Part shown: in pieces, positions 1 through 9,286 of the stretch
Layout: every line of letters begins with the position of its first letter
Position numbering within the stretch: position 1 is the first letter of the stretch
DNA from: an uncultured Nitrospiraceae bacterium
GTDB lineage: Bacteria > Nitrospirota > Thermodesulfovibrionia > Thermodesulfovibrionales > Dissulfurispiraceae
DNA: 64,000 nt
NCBI GenBank assembly: GCA_963727805.1
Contig: CAVSHF010000003.1
Coordinates: 576,001-640,000, forward strand
Direction: 5' to 3'
Position numbers and translations under genes: made by a program
The notes under the pieces: model-generated
Seen by the model: only the letters and a program-made list of their open reading frames with translations
Databases searched by the model: none
What the model was told of the DNA's origin: nothing

Positions 1-651
1 TGGCTTATCCTTTTTATGCGGTCTGTGGCAATAGTGGCAGGAAAAGGTGGCCATAGCCCCCTTTTGAGGCATACCCGTATGGCAGCCGGTGCATTTCTCT
101 TTCGGCGTCATGGCAACTTCCCGCTGGGAGAATCGGTGGCACTTGAGACATGAGAAGTCATCCACAGTTATGCCGTGCACCTCTTTATCGGCATGGCATT
201 TCACGCAAACCGACTCATCAGGTGAGAAGTTATGCTTTACGACCGTGTGACATGCCTTGCAACCCATCTTCTTATTAAGAACATGTTTCGCATGACCATA
301 TGACTTAGTGGGAGTGACAGCTCCCTGAGACAGAGTTTCCTCATGACAGGTTCCGCATTTCTGCCAGGGTGTTGTTCTACCGTGAGCTAGTGCCACAGGG
401 TTTTTTCCCGTGGCTATATATGTCCCGAGGCGCTGATTCTGCTCGACAATACCTATTTCGTGGCATTTCTGACAGATGACATCCCTGTGCTTACCCATCT
501 GTACATCTACGAATGATTCCTGGATTGCATGGCAGGAGGCACAAAAGTCGGGATCATCCTGAGTATATTGATAATATCGATACCCATATAGAAAGAGGGA
601 AAAGACTATGATGGCGAGAACAAACCCCTTAATATTGTTAGAGATGGGCAT
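1..651 (-). CDS. Multiheme cytochrome c with N-terminal membrane anchor (NapC/NirT-like N-terminus), truncated by the window edge
   Basis: Manual translation from ATG 651 gives MPISNNIKGFVLAIIVFSSF... with 8 CXXCH motifs (CASCH, CQKCH, CGTCH, CKACH, CVKCH, CLKCH, CTGCH, CHYCH). The frame is open to base 1. Confidence 0.88.
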   Translation of the reverse strand, partial: MPISNNIKGFVLAIIVFSLFLYGYRYYQYTQDDPDFCASCHAIQESFVDVQMGKHRDVICQKCHEIGIVEQNQRLGTYIATGKNPVALAHGRTTPWQKCGTCHEETLSQGAVTPTKSYGHAKHVLNKKMGCKACHTVVKHNFSPDESVCVKCHADKEVHGITVDDFSCLKCHRFSQREVAMTPKEKCTGCHTGMPQKGAMATFSCHYCHRPHKKDKP

Positions 652-911
652 TCGAATACCTAAGACCCCTCAGGGGTTTATATTTGTAGTAAGTTGAAAT
701 AAATTTCATTTTCTCGTTAGAAATAATCATCATTATAGCAGATTTTAGGGCAGAGAGCTCTAACCACTTGATGAATACCGATCATGTCCACCCATAGGGT
801 TCTGACAATGCGAATATTCAGAAACAGCTTACCTACTGAAAGTTAACCCGATTTTCGTCTATGCGTGCATCGTTTGCGAAGAATTTGAACATACGACACT
901 GATTTGCAGAC

Positions 912-2693
912 TTACGCCTTGGGCATCTGTTCACATTCATTGAAGATTCGCACTTTGCAGTAACGGCATCTTTCGGGGTCGAGTTTGGGGACGATATTTT
1001 TTATCGCCTCTAATTTTGATTCGAAAATATTCTTTTCCCCAAAGCTTTTCATACAGCCTCCCCGACTCATAATATCGACGACCTCTCCTTTAAGCGAACA
1101 AAGATAGACTTCCCTGCCGCCAAGTCGGAGACGGTGTATTTCCTGATTCATCATCTGACATCCCGCAACATCTATGAAATTAATACCACCTCCAACAATC
1201 AGGATATGGGCCTGTTCTGGATTTTGCTTTGTAGTATCATCCAGCATTTCAGCAACGTGATTGACAGCTCCAAAAAAAATTGAGCCGTCAATCCTGAGAA
1301 TCTTGAGCTGGGGGCATTCCGGAAGTGCCTTTTTCTGCAGATTGACAAAATGTCTCTTGCCTCTCTCCGGATCTGGTACAAGTGTGATAAAGCTGGGATG
1401 AGACGTACGGCTAAGATAAATCAGTAAAGAGAGAATTACCCCCACATAAATGGCAAATTCCAATTCTACAAATAGTGTGGACAAAAGAGTAGCAAGCATA
1501 ATTCCGGCTTCTGGCTTGCTTGTCTTGATAATGGTATTAATATGGTGAAAATCAACAAGATTATACGCCACAAGGAGCAGAATTCCCGCCATAGCTGCGA
1601 TGGGGAGGTAGGCAGTCAGTGGGGCAACCAGCAGAAGAATGAGAGCTAATGCTGCTGCTGAATAAACGGCCGCCATCGGTGTCTTTGCGCCAGCATTATA
1701 ATTCACCCCGGTACGGGTAAAAGAGCCGGAGGCAGCATAACTCGAAAAGAAACTCCCTACAATGTTCGAAAGGCCCTGTCCGATAAATTCCTGATTGCTG
1801 TCGATGCGCTGTTCTGATTTAGCGGCTACTGAACGCGCTATCGATACTGCCTCTGCAAGTCCCAGCATCGCAACTGCCAATGCTCCCGGAGCAAGCTGGC
1901 GCAAAGAGGATATGGTTAAATCAGGGCTTGTGAGGGGAGGCAAATGGCTGGGCAGTGCCCCGATAAGTTCGACCCCGTGGTTCCTACCGTCGAGGAGTAT
2001 CGCCATAACACTCCCGCAGATCATTGCAAAAAGCATCCCCGGCCAGTTAGGCAATATCCTTTTAAAAAGCATAGCGATTAACAAGGTTGCCAACCCTATG
2101 GCCAGGACATAAACGTTTGTTTCAGATAGTCTCGGAATAAAATCAGACCACACATGGAAAAAGTAGTGTCCCCCGCTAAGTTTAATCCCAGTCAGATTGC
2201 CCATCTGGCTTGTAGCAATGAGAAGTGCTGCCCCCGAAGTAAATCCAACAACTACGGAATGGGAGACGAAATTCACGAGAGCACCAAGCCGCGCAAAGCC
2301 CAAGCCCATCTGGAAAAGTCCAACAAGGAATGTAAGTGTGAGGACCATCTGTATATACTCAGGGCTTGATGGAGTGGCCAATCTGCCCACCGTCGTAAGA
2401 ATCACAATGGATATTGCAGTAGTAGGCCCCGAGATAAGATGATATGAAGAGCCGAAAAAAGCGGCAATAATAGCAGGCACTATCGCCGAATAAATACCGT
2501 ATTCAGGAGGAAGTCCTGCAATCAGCGCGAAAGCGACTCCTTGCGGCAACACAATAACCGCACCAGTAATCCCGGCCATCATATCAGCGCGAGTACTGCG
2601 GCGATTGACGAGAGGCCACCAGCGACGGAAAGGACAGAGTTTTTCCAGAAAAGTCCCCTGCCGACAAAACCCTGCCAGTTTCTTAAAGTCCAT
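912..2693 (-). CDS. SulP family anion transporter with STAS domain
   Basis: DMMAGITGAVIVLPQGVAFALIAGLPPEYGIYS and GSFTRT SulP motifs; C-terminal STAS (LRIDGSIFFG, FIDVAG). Confidence 0.95.
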   Translation of the reverse strand: MDFKKLAGFCRQGTFLEKLCPFRRWWPLVNRRSTRADMMAGITGAVIVLPQGVAFALIAGLPPEYGIYSAIVPAIIAAFFGSSYHLISGPTTAISIVILTTVGRLATPSSPEYIQMVLTLTFLVGLFQMGLGFARLGALVNFVSHSVVVGFTSGAALLIATSQMGNLTGIKLSGGHYFFHVWSDFIPRLSETNVYVLAIGLATLLIAMLFKRILPNWPGMLFAMICGSVMAILLDGRNHGVELIGALPSHLPPLTSPDLTISSLRQLAPGALAVAMLGLAEAVSIARSVAAKSEQRIDSNQEFIGQGLSNIVGSFFSSYAASGSFTRTGVNYNAGAKTPMAAVYSAAALALILLLVAPLTAYLPIAAMAGILLLVAYNLVDFHHINTIIKTSKPEAGIMLATLLSTLFVELEFAIYVGVILSLLIYLSRTSHPSFITLVPDPERGKRHFVNLQKKALPECPQLKILRIDGSIFFGAVNHVAEMLDDTTKQNPEQAHILIVGGGINFIDVAGCQMMNQEIHRLRLGGREVYLCSLKGEVVDIMSRGGCMKSFGEKNIFESKLEAIKNIVPKLDPERCRYCKVRIFNECEQMPKA

Positions 2694-3237
2694 CTGATTT
2701 AATGTGCGAATCGCTATTTAATAAATAGAAAAGGTCCCTTGCCAATAAAAAAAACTTGCTATACCGTTCATCCTTATAATCATTGTAAGTATTGATATTC
2801 GGGATAAATTTCCCTTCCGACTTTGAAAAGATCAGCGTCACCTCAGCAAAAATGCCTTTTTTTAGATAAATACGGTGAGAATAATTCTTGGTCGAGGCGA
2901 GAACGACCTTTGCAAAAGTAAGATAACCCGGATCGAGATTAATGTTTCTCTTGCCTTCCGTGGTGAACTTCATCTCAAGATCATTAGTCATAAGTTTTAT
3001 TTCGGACAGCTTATCGGGTTCGATAAGATCCTTAAAGAAAAGAAACCTCCGGAACAGGGGTTCACCCATCTCCTCCTTGTAGTGCTCTGAAAAATCCCAT
3101 CTTACGGGAGGAGTTTCCATAATCACTTCACCGAAGGCTTCCTGTAAGGCATGGTATGCTTCGAGATAATAGTCCTTTTTGGAGAAAAGCGCGCCGACAA
3201 AAAGTAGGGTTTTTCCAGGAGAGCGGGGTATACCCAT
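2683..3237 (-). CDS. DUF4416 family protein
   Basis: RNINLDPGYL and LASTKNYSHRIYL motifs. Confidence 0.85.
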   Translation of the reverse strand: MGIPRSPGKTLLFVGALFSKKDYYLEAYHALQEAFGEVIMETPPVRWDFSEHYKEEMGEPLFRRFLFFKDLIEPDKLSEIKLMTNDLEMKFTTEGKRNINLDPGYLTFAKVVLASTKNYSHRIYLKKGIFAEVTLIFSKSEGKFIPNINTYNDYKDERYSKFFLLARDLFYLLNSDSHIKSDGL

Positions 3238-3251
3238 AAAAAGATCAGTCT

Positions 3252-3779
3252 TTAACTCTCGTCTTCGAGTTTCTTGATGGCAGCCCTCACGTCAGGGTTA
3301 TCCCAGCTTATGGGACCGATGATCTTACGCTCGACAGTGCCCCTTTTGGAAAGGATAAACGTTTCTGGCACCCCGGTGATGCCGTAATCATAAGATGTTT
3401 TTTGGTCATCGATCAGGACGTTAAAGGTGAATCCATTATTTTTAAGATACGAGGCGGCATTCTGAGCGGAATCATTATAAAGTATTGTCACGGCTACAAA
3501 GTTTCTGTTGTCTTTTTCAGATTCTATAAATTTTTGAAAAGATGGATTCTCTTCCTTACAGGAATCACACCACGTCGCCCAGAAGTTCACCAGCACAACC
3601 CTCCCTCTGAGATCAGCGAGTCGCCAAGTCTTTCCACCAATATCTTGTAGCTCAAAATTGGGGGCACTCAGGCCGATACTCGCCTTCCTTTTCGCGGACT
3701 CCTTTTTTCCGGGGAGTGAATAGGTCAGCACGATTCCGACTATGACAACAATTAAGAGTATTATTCCTTTATTTTTCAT
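3252..3779 (-). CDS. TlpA/ResA-like thiol:disulfide oxidoreductase
   Basis: N-terminal TM segment, LVNFWATWCDSC, GVPETF cis-Pro motif. Confidence 0.93.
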   Translation of the reverse strand: MKNKGIILLIVVIVGIVLTYSLPGKKESAKRKASIGLSAPNFELQDIGGKTWRLADLRGRVVLVNFWATWCDSCKEENPSFQKFIESEKDNRNFVAVTILYNDSAQNAASYLKNNGFTFNVLIDDQKTSYDYGITGVPETFILSKRGTVERKIIGPISWDNPDVRAAIKKLEDES

Positions 3780-4029
3780 ATTAGTAAAAGAGGCGACTCC
3801 GCAGAGATTCTCACTTGGCTAATAAAAGAATTATAAATCAATTACTTTAAATAAATCAATAATGGAACGTCACTTGAGCGGTACTTACAAGGGTATTTTC
3901 TGTTTTTATAAGGAATATTCTGTGTGAACACCAAAGGCTTACCTCAGCAGCCATATATTCAAAATTCATCTCAAGATTTCTGGCCTCTGGATGCAAGACA
4001 TACTCAACGCCCTGTACAATAAACCAGAC

Positions 4030-4187
4030 ACAAGCAGATCAGGTGACGACCGGCTGTCCTGCGTGCATGATGCAGTTGCTCGACCGCGTGGGGCGTTTTG
4101 ACGGGGGCAGAAGATCGTGCACTACATATCCCTGCTTGCGGAATCTTACCGGAGGGGGAAGAGTGGAGGAAATGGCTATGTTCGATG
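4030..4187 (+). pseudogene. 3' remnant of a CCG-domain Fe-S oxidoreductase (GlcF/LutA-like)
   Basis: Reads ADQVTTGCPACMMQLLD, then after a frameshift QKIVHYISLLAESY*. The stop overlaps the lutC start and there is no 5' part. Confidence 0.7.
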
Positions 4188-4729
4188 AGTTCAAATCCCG
4201 CGCTGAGGCGGTCAGCGCCGAGGTGCACCGGTTTTTCACGAAGGATGAGGCTCTGGTGTTCATCATCGACGTCTTGAAGAAGGAAGGGGTGTCAAACCGC
4301 CCACAGGCATATGCAGTGTGGGCCGATTGTCCCTTCCTCAAGGGCATCGACCGGGCGGGGCTCGCGAGAAAAGTCCCGGGTCTTACCTTCGATGTTACCA
4401 GAGAGACGGCGGCGGCGGCCCATGTAGGCATAAGCCAGATGGACTGGGCGATAGCGAATACCGGCACGCTAGTCCAGAATTCAACGCCTGTCGAACAGAG
4501 ATTGGCCTCGTCTCTATCATTTATTCACATAGCAATGATAGCTACCGATGGGCTCCTGGCAGACATGCCCTCTCTTCTGACAAAGATAAATCCCAAAGAG
4601 AGCGGCTATATAGCGATGATAACAGGACCGAGCCGGACAGCGGATATCGAGCGCGTGCTCACCATCGGCGTTCACGGGCCTCAGAGGCTCATAATCGTCT
4701 TTGTCGATGACCTTAGAGGAATGAACTGA
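4172..4729 (+). CDS. lutC: Lactate utilization protein C (LUD domain)
   Basis: ITGPSRTADIERVLTIGVHGP motif. RBS GGAGGA lies before ATG 4172; the longer ORF-track start belongs to the upstream remnant. Confidence 0.9.
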   Translation: MAMFDEFKSRAEAVSAEVHRFFTKDEALVFIIDVLKKEGVSNRPQAYAVWADCPFLKGIDRAGLARKVPGLTFDVTRETAAAAHVGISQMDWAIANTGTLVQNSTPVEQRLASSLSFIHIAMIATDGLLADMPSLLTKINPKESGYIAMITGPSRTADIERVLTIGVHGPQRLIIVFVDDLRGMN

Positions 4730-6861
4730 TGAATAAGGAATTCAGAGAGTCGATAAACAATGCACTTCACAATATGAACCTGACAGGCGCGCTCGGAAAG
4801 TTCTCGGAAGCTTACAGGGCTAGTAGACTGAAGGCATACGAAGGCATTGATTTTGAGGTCTTAAGGACAAGGATTGCAGAACTTAAATCCTACGCTGCAT
4901 CACATCTGGATGTTCTTTCGGAGCTGTTTGTAAAGAATGCCGAGGCAAAAGGTGCAAAGGTCTTCAGGACTAACAGTCCCGAAAAGGTTAAGGAATATAT
5001 CCTACAAGTTTCACTGGAAAATGATGTCAGGAGTGTCGTCAAATCCAAGTCTATGGCCTCTGAAGAGATCCATCTGAACCCTTATCTGGAACAGCACGGG
5101 ATTTCGGTGAGAGAGACCGACTTGGGCGAATGGATCATTCAACTTGCAGGACAAACTCCTTCACATATGGTCTTGCCTGCAATCCATATGACCAAGGAAG
5201 AAGTCTCGGACCTTTTCAGCAAGGAGATCAACGAGAGGCTTAGTTCCGACATCCCGAAGCTCGTGAAGGTGGCGCGGAAAGAGATCCGGGGCAAGTTTCT
5301 CGAAGCGGACATGGGCATATCGGGAGCGAACATAGCCGTGGCTGAGACAGGAAGCATCGTACTTGTGACCAATGAAGGAAACGCCAGACTCGTCACCACC
5401 CTACCAAAGATCCATGTGGCGATTATCGGCATAGAAAAGCTGGTCGCTAACTTTGAGGACATCGTACCGATTCTTACAGCTCTGCCGAGGAGTGCAACAG
5501 GCCAGCTGCTTACGAGCTACGTCTCGATCATAACCGGCCCTACTCCCAATACCGACGGTTCGATGAAGGACCTCCATATCATCCTCATGGACAACCGCAG
5601 AAGCGAAATGGCGAACGACCCAAAGTTTAAACAGGCGCTTCAGTGTATCCGCTGCGCCTCATGCCTTAACGTATGCCCGATATATAGGCTTGTAGGCGGT
5701 CATGTATTCGGGAAGGTCTATACTGGGGGTATCGGCACCATCCTGACCGCATGGTTTGATGAGCTAAAGAAATCCGAAGATATCCAGGGCCTCTGCATCC
5801 AGTGCGGCAACTGCAAAGAGGTCTGCCCCGGCAAGATCGACATCCCCGAAATGATACTTGAGATCAGGCGTCGTCTCGTCGTGGATAAGGGACAGTCGCT
5901 GCTCCAGAAAGCCATCTTCTCGGTGGTGAACAACCGCAGGTTATTTCATTCGATGCTGCGCACCGCATCACTCGCGCAGATGCCAATTGCAAAGGGAGGC
6001 TTTATCCGCCACCTGCCGATGTTCCTGTCTGACCTGACGGAGTTCAGGAGCCTGCCTGCCATAGCTGAAGTTCCTTTCAGGGACAAGTACAAACAGATCA
6101 AACAGCCGAAGCTGAAAGAGAAAGCTGCATTTTACGCCGGATGCCTCATCGACTTCGCCTATCCTGAAACAGGGGAAGCGATTGTAAGGATATTGAATAA
6201 GGCCGGAATCGAGGTCGTATTCCCCGATGAGCAGACCTGCTGCGGGGCACCTGCGAGGTACAACGGCGCTTACGAAGTTGCAGCTCAGAATGCTGTCGAC
6301 AATATCAAGGCCCTCATGCAGGACAAGACTCAATATGTGGTCTCTGCCTGTCCGACATGCACCGTGGCCCTCAAGCACGAGTTCATCAACACCTTCGAGA
6401 GTCTCGGGAAGAGCGAGTGGATGGACCAGGCGCGTGAGCTATCTGCAAGGACGATCGATTTCTCCACCCTCATAAAGAAGCTAGTGGACGAAGGACGCCT
6501 GACCCTTAAAGAGGGACAACAGCTCGGGAAATTCACCTATCACGACTCCTGCCACCTCAAGAGGACCCTTAATGTCCATGAGGAGCCGAGGGAGTTGATG
6601 AAGAAGGCTGGGTTCGAGCTGGTTGAGATGTTCGAGTCTGACATGTGCTGCGGCATGGGAGGTTCCTATTCCATAAAGCTACCGGAGATCTCAGCGCCGA
6701 TCCTGCAAAGGAAACTCAAGAACATCAAGGATACTTCTGTCCAGATAGTAGCTATGGATTGCCCTGGCTGCGTCATGCAAATCCGGGGAGGCTTTGACAA
6801 GGACGGAGCGGCAGTTAAGGTCAAGCATACTGCCGAGCTGCTTGAGGAGCAATTCAAATAA
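4729..6861 (+). CDS. lutB: L-lactate dehydrogenase large subunit: LutB (LUD + 4Fe-4S) fused to LutA-like CCG domains
   Basis: ETDLGEWIIQ, PSHMVLPAIH, CIRCASCLNVCP, CIQCGNCKEVCP, two CCG motifs, YHDSCH. Translationally coupled to lutC. Confidence 0.92.
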   Translation: MNKEFRESINNALHNMNLTGALGKFSEAYRASRLKAYEGIDFEVLRTRIAELKSYAASHLDVLSELFVKNAEAKGAKVFRTNSPEKVKEYILQVSLENDVRSVVKSKSMASEEIHLNPYLEQHGISVRETDLGEWIIQLAGQTPSHMVLPAIHMTKEEVSDLFSKEINERLSSDIPKLVKVARKEIRGKFLEADMGISGANIAVAETGSIVLVTNEGNARLVTTLPKIHVAIIGIEKLVANFEDIVPILTALPRSATGQLLTSYVSIITGPTPNTDGSMKDLHIILMDNRRSEMANDPKFKQALQCIRCASCLNVCPIYRLVGGHVFGKVYTGGIGTILTAWFDELKKSEDIQGLCIQCGNCKEVCPGKIDIPEMILEIRRRLVVDKGQSLLQKAIFSVVNNRRLFHSMLRTASLAQMPIAKGGFIRHLPMFLSDLTEFRSLPAIAEVPFRDKYKQIKQPKLKEKAAFYAGCLIDFAYPETGEAIVRILNKAGIEVVFPDEQTCCGAPARYNGAYEVAAQNAVDNIKALMQDKTQYVVSACPTCTVALKHEFINTFESLGKSEWMDQARELSARTIDFSTLIKKLVDEGRLTLKEGQQLGKFTYHDSCHLKRTLNVHEEPRELMKKAGFELVEMFESDMCCGMGGSYSIKLPEISAPILQRKLKNIKDTSVQIVAMDCPGCVMQIRGGFDKDGAAVKVKHTAELLEEQFK

Positions 6862-6896
6862 GGTATTAACGTACAACAATGTTTATGGATTACACT

Positions 6897-7014
6897 AATA
6901 GATTTACCAAACCAGACGAAGTATCCAAAGAGATTGTCTGGTTGGCAACGGAAATGTCCAGAATATATTAATGGAACATGTTTGGATATCAACAATGGAG
7001 CATTCCCTCGTTGA
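6897..7014 (+). pseudogene. 3' remnant of a short-chain dehydrogenase/reductase
   Basis: Reads NRFTKPDEVSKEIVWLATE, then after a frameshift CPEYINGTCLDINNGAFPR*, resembling the SDR C-terminus. Confidence 0.65.
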
Positions 7015-7355
7015 CATGGATGGCTCAATCTAACAATACCACTGCACGCGGCACGCAAGTGAGCGATTGGCCGTTAACAGCTTTCAGTCTAAGAGTAATC
7101 TTATCTCTTCACTCATATGTTTGCCAAGTGTTGTGTCAGCCAATCATCAGTAGCGCCAGTATCGCCAATTTAGCAATTTCCGAAATAAACTGAAAGCAAA
7201 ATGGCAGAACATACGCGTTACCTTATTTATAAAGGTGGCGATAAGAGTCATTGCCCCATGTTTGTCTTCATGTTATTGGGATATTCGCATTTGCAGCAAA
7301 GTAAAATGGTGTATAATTTTGAATACAAAAGAAAACCTTTTTGCGAGGAGTTCGG

Positions 7356-7925
7356 ATGGAGAAGAAAATATTATATTTTGAAAAGACTGGAAAGGACAAC
7401 AGTAGCGCTTGTCTCGCATGCGTGAAGGACTTAGTGAGGGACGGAAGACAAAAGCATTTGGTGATTGCCTCGACATCCGGTACTACAGGACTTCTGTTTA
7501 CAGAAGCGTTTAAGGAGAGCGGCCTGAATCTCGTGGTCGTCACGCATTCAGCTGGTTTTAAGGGCCCGAATACATTTGAGATCGAGGCAGAGATGCTCAA
7601 AAAAATACGGGCAAACGGTGCACAGATTTTCACCGGAACGATTCTCACCCATTCAATAGAGACGTCGCTTAACGCACAGTTCAATGGCATCTATCCTGCG
7701 ATGATCATAGCCAATTCTCTGCGAAGGTTCGGTGAAGGCGCCAAGGTCTGCTGCGAAATAGTCATGATGGCCGCCGATGCAGGTCTAATCCCGGAGGGTG
7801 AAGAGGTAGTAGCTGTAGCTGGAACGGGGTACGGAGCGGACACTGTGATGATCCTAAAGTCGGCCGTATCGAAGAGGTTCTTAGATTTACGCGTCCTTGA
7901 AATCCTCGCTAAGCCGAGGCTGTGA
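7356..7925 (+). CDS. Pyruvate kinase alpha/beta (PK_C-like) domain protein
   Basis: VIASTSGTTG, GAKVCCEIVMMAADAG and GTGYGADT motifs of the stand-alone PK_C family. Confidence 0.85.
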   Translation: MEKKILYFEKTGKDNSSACLACVKDLVRDGRQKHLVIASTSGTTGLLFTEAFKESGLNLVVVTHSAGFKGPNTFEIEAEMLKKIRANGAQIFTGTILTHSIETSLNAQFNGIYPAMIIANSLRRFGEGAKVCCEIVMMAADAGLIPEGEEVVAVAGTGYGADTVMILKSAVSKRFLDLRVLEILAKPRL

Positions 7926-8336
7926 AGAAAACGAGACTTTCTAGTTAATGAAGTACACCTTGTGACCAGGAGGGATGACCATGTGGATGCGCATTTCATC
8001 GGATGCTCTGCACTGCTGTTACATCCCCATATGTGCGGTTCTTCAAAAGTAACATTCAAGATCAAAACATCAGCTTAAAGTCAACACTGGTGAACGCGAC
8101 TAAGTGCTCAACTATTTATCCTGGAATATGCAAGATCCTCTGTAATCATTCTAAAAGAATACATCGATTCGTTATGCTGTGACACTCCTTTTAGTTATGT
8201 TCATAATAACCCGTTATAATTATGGTAAAGAGACCGTTAACCTGACAGCTATTCTAAAGGACTAAACGGATATAAACTCATTGACGCTTAAGCTTCGAGA
8301 AGGGAATATCTCTTTAACATCGCAGTAGGAGAAGCA

Positions 8337-9248
8337 ATGTCCGGGGAAAAGGAAACCACGAAGAAAAACAGGATTCAACCACCAGACAAAAGGCTGCGGG
8401 GTGTGTTTGCTGACGCCGGTAGAAAGAGAGATTTAGGGGAAGCGATTCCAGTTCCTGATGCTGAGATTTCAGGTGTACCCCCGGCATGCCGTGCTTTAAA
8501 AGAGGCGACAGAGCGTTCAGGGCATGGGAAGGCGGTGACCAATTTAGAGAAATCCCATGATCAATTACGCCACTTGACAGCTCATCTGCAATCAGTCAGG
8601 GAAGATGAAAAGAAGCACATCGCTCGCGAAATCCACGACGACCTTGGCCAGAGTCTCACCGCTTTAAAAATGAACTTATCGAGGATAGCGGCAAAACTGT
8701 CAACCACTCCAGGGAACAAAGCGATTGCCGAAGAGTTGAATGTGGCAATAGGCCTTGTCTCTTCGACTATAGGGACTGTTAAACAGATTTGCACAGAACT
8801 GAGGCCGCCGCTATTAGACCATCTCGGTATCGGGGCGGCTATTGAGTGGCAGTGTGAGGAATTCCAAAAGAGCAGCGGAGTGGAATGCCAGATTGCGATG
8901 CCGTCCGATGTATTTACCGTTGACATGGATATCGCTATCGCACTTTTCAGGGTCTTTCAGGAGGTGTTAACAAATGTGCTCAAGCATTCACAAGCAACAA
9001 AGGTTGAAGCTAGCCTTAAAGAGAAAAATGGCAAGATCATTTTCAAGATACATGACAATGGCGTGGGAATTACTGAAAGGCAAATGTCAAAACGCCATTC
9101 TTTTGGGATTCTAGGAATGTGCGAACGTCTTTATTCCCTCGGCGGGACGATTTCGATCAATGGAGAAGAACAAAACGGCACCACCGTGACGGTGAACATT
9201 CCGGTATCAGGTGCGAGTACCATTTTTGATATTTCATCGAAGAAATAG
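8337..9248 (+). CDS. Cytoplasmic histidine kinase (HisKA_3, NarX/UhpB type)
   Basis: IAREIHDDLGQ, ELRP, FQEVLTNVLKH, DNGVG. Confidence 0.9.
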   Translation: MSGEKETTKKNRIQPPDKRLRGVFADAGRKRDLGEAIPVPDAEISGVPPACRALKEATERSGHGKAVTNLEKSHDQLRHLTAHLQSVREDEKKHIAREIHDDLGQSLTALKMNLSRIAAKLSTTPGNKAIAEELNVAIGLVSSTIGTVKQICTELRPPLLDHLGIGAAIEWQCEEFQKSSGVECQIAMPSDVFTVDMDIAIALFRVFQEVLTNVLKHSQATKVEASLKEKNGKIIFKIHDNGVGITERQMSKRHSFGILGMCERLYSLGGTISINGEEQNGTTVTVNIPVSGASTIFDISSKK

Positions 9249-9286
9249 GAAAACTAAGAGACCTTAACAACGACGTTGAAGTACTG

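Noticed and set aside
7940..8150. Possible metallo-beta-lactamase-fold gene remnant (ADVLILNV)
   Set aside because: Too short and degenerate to support without a search.
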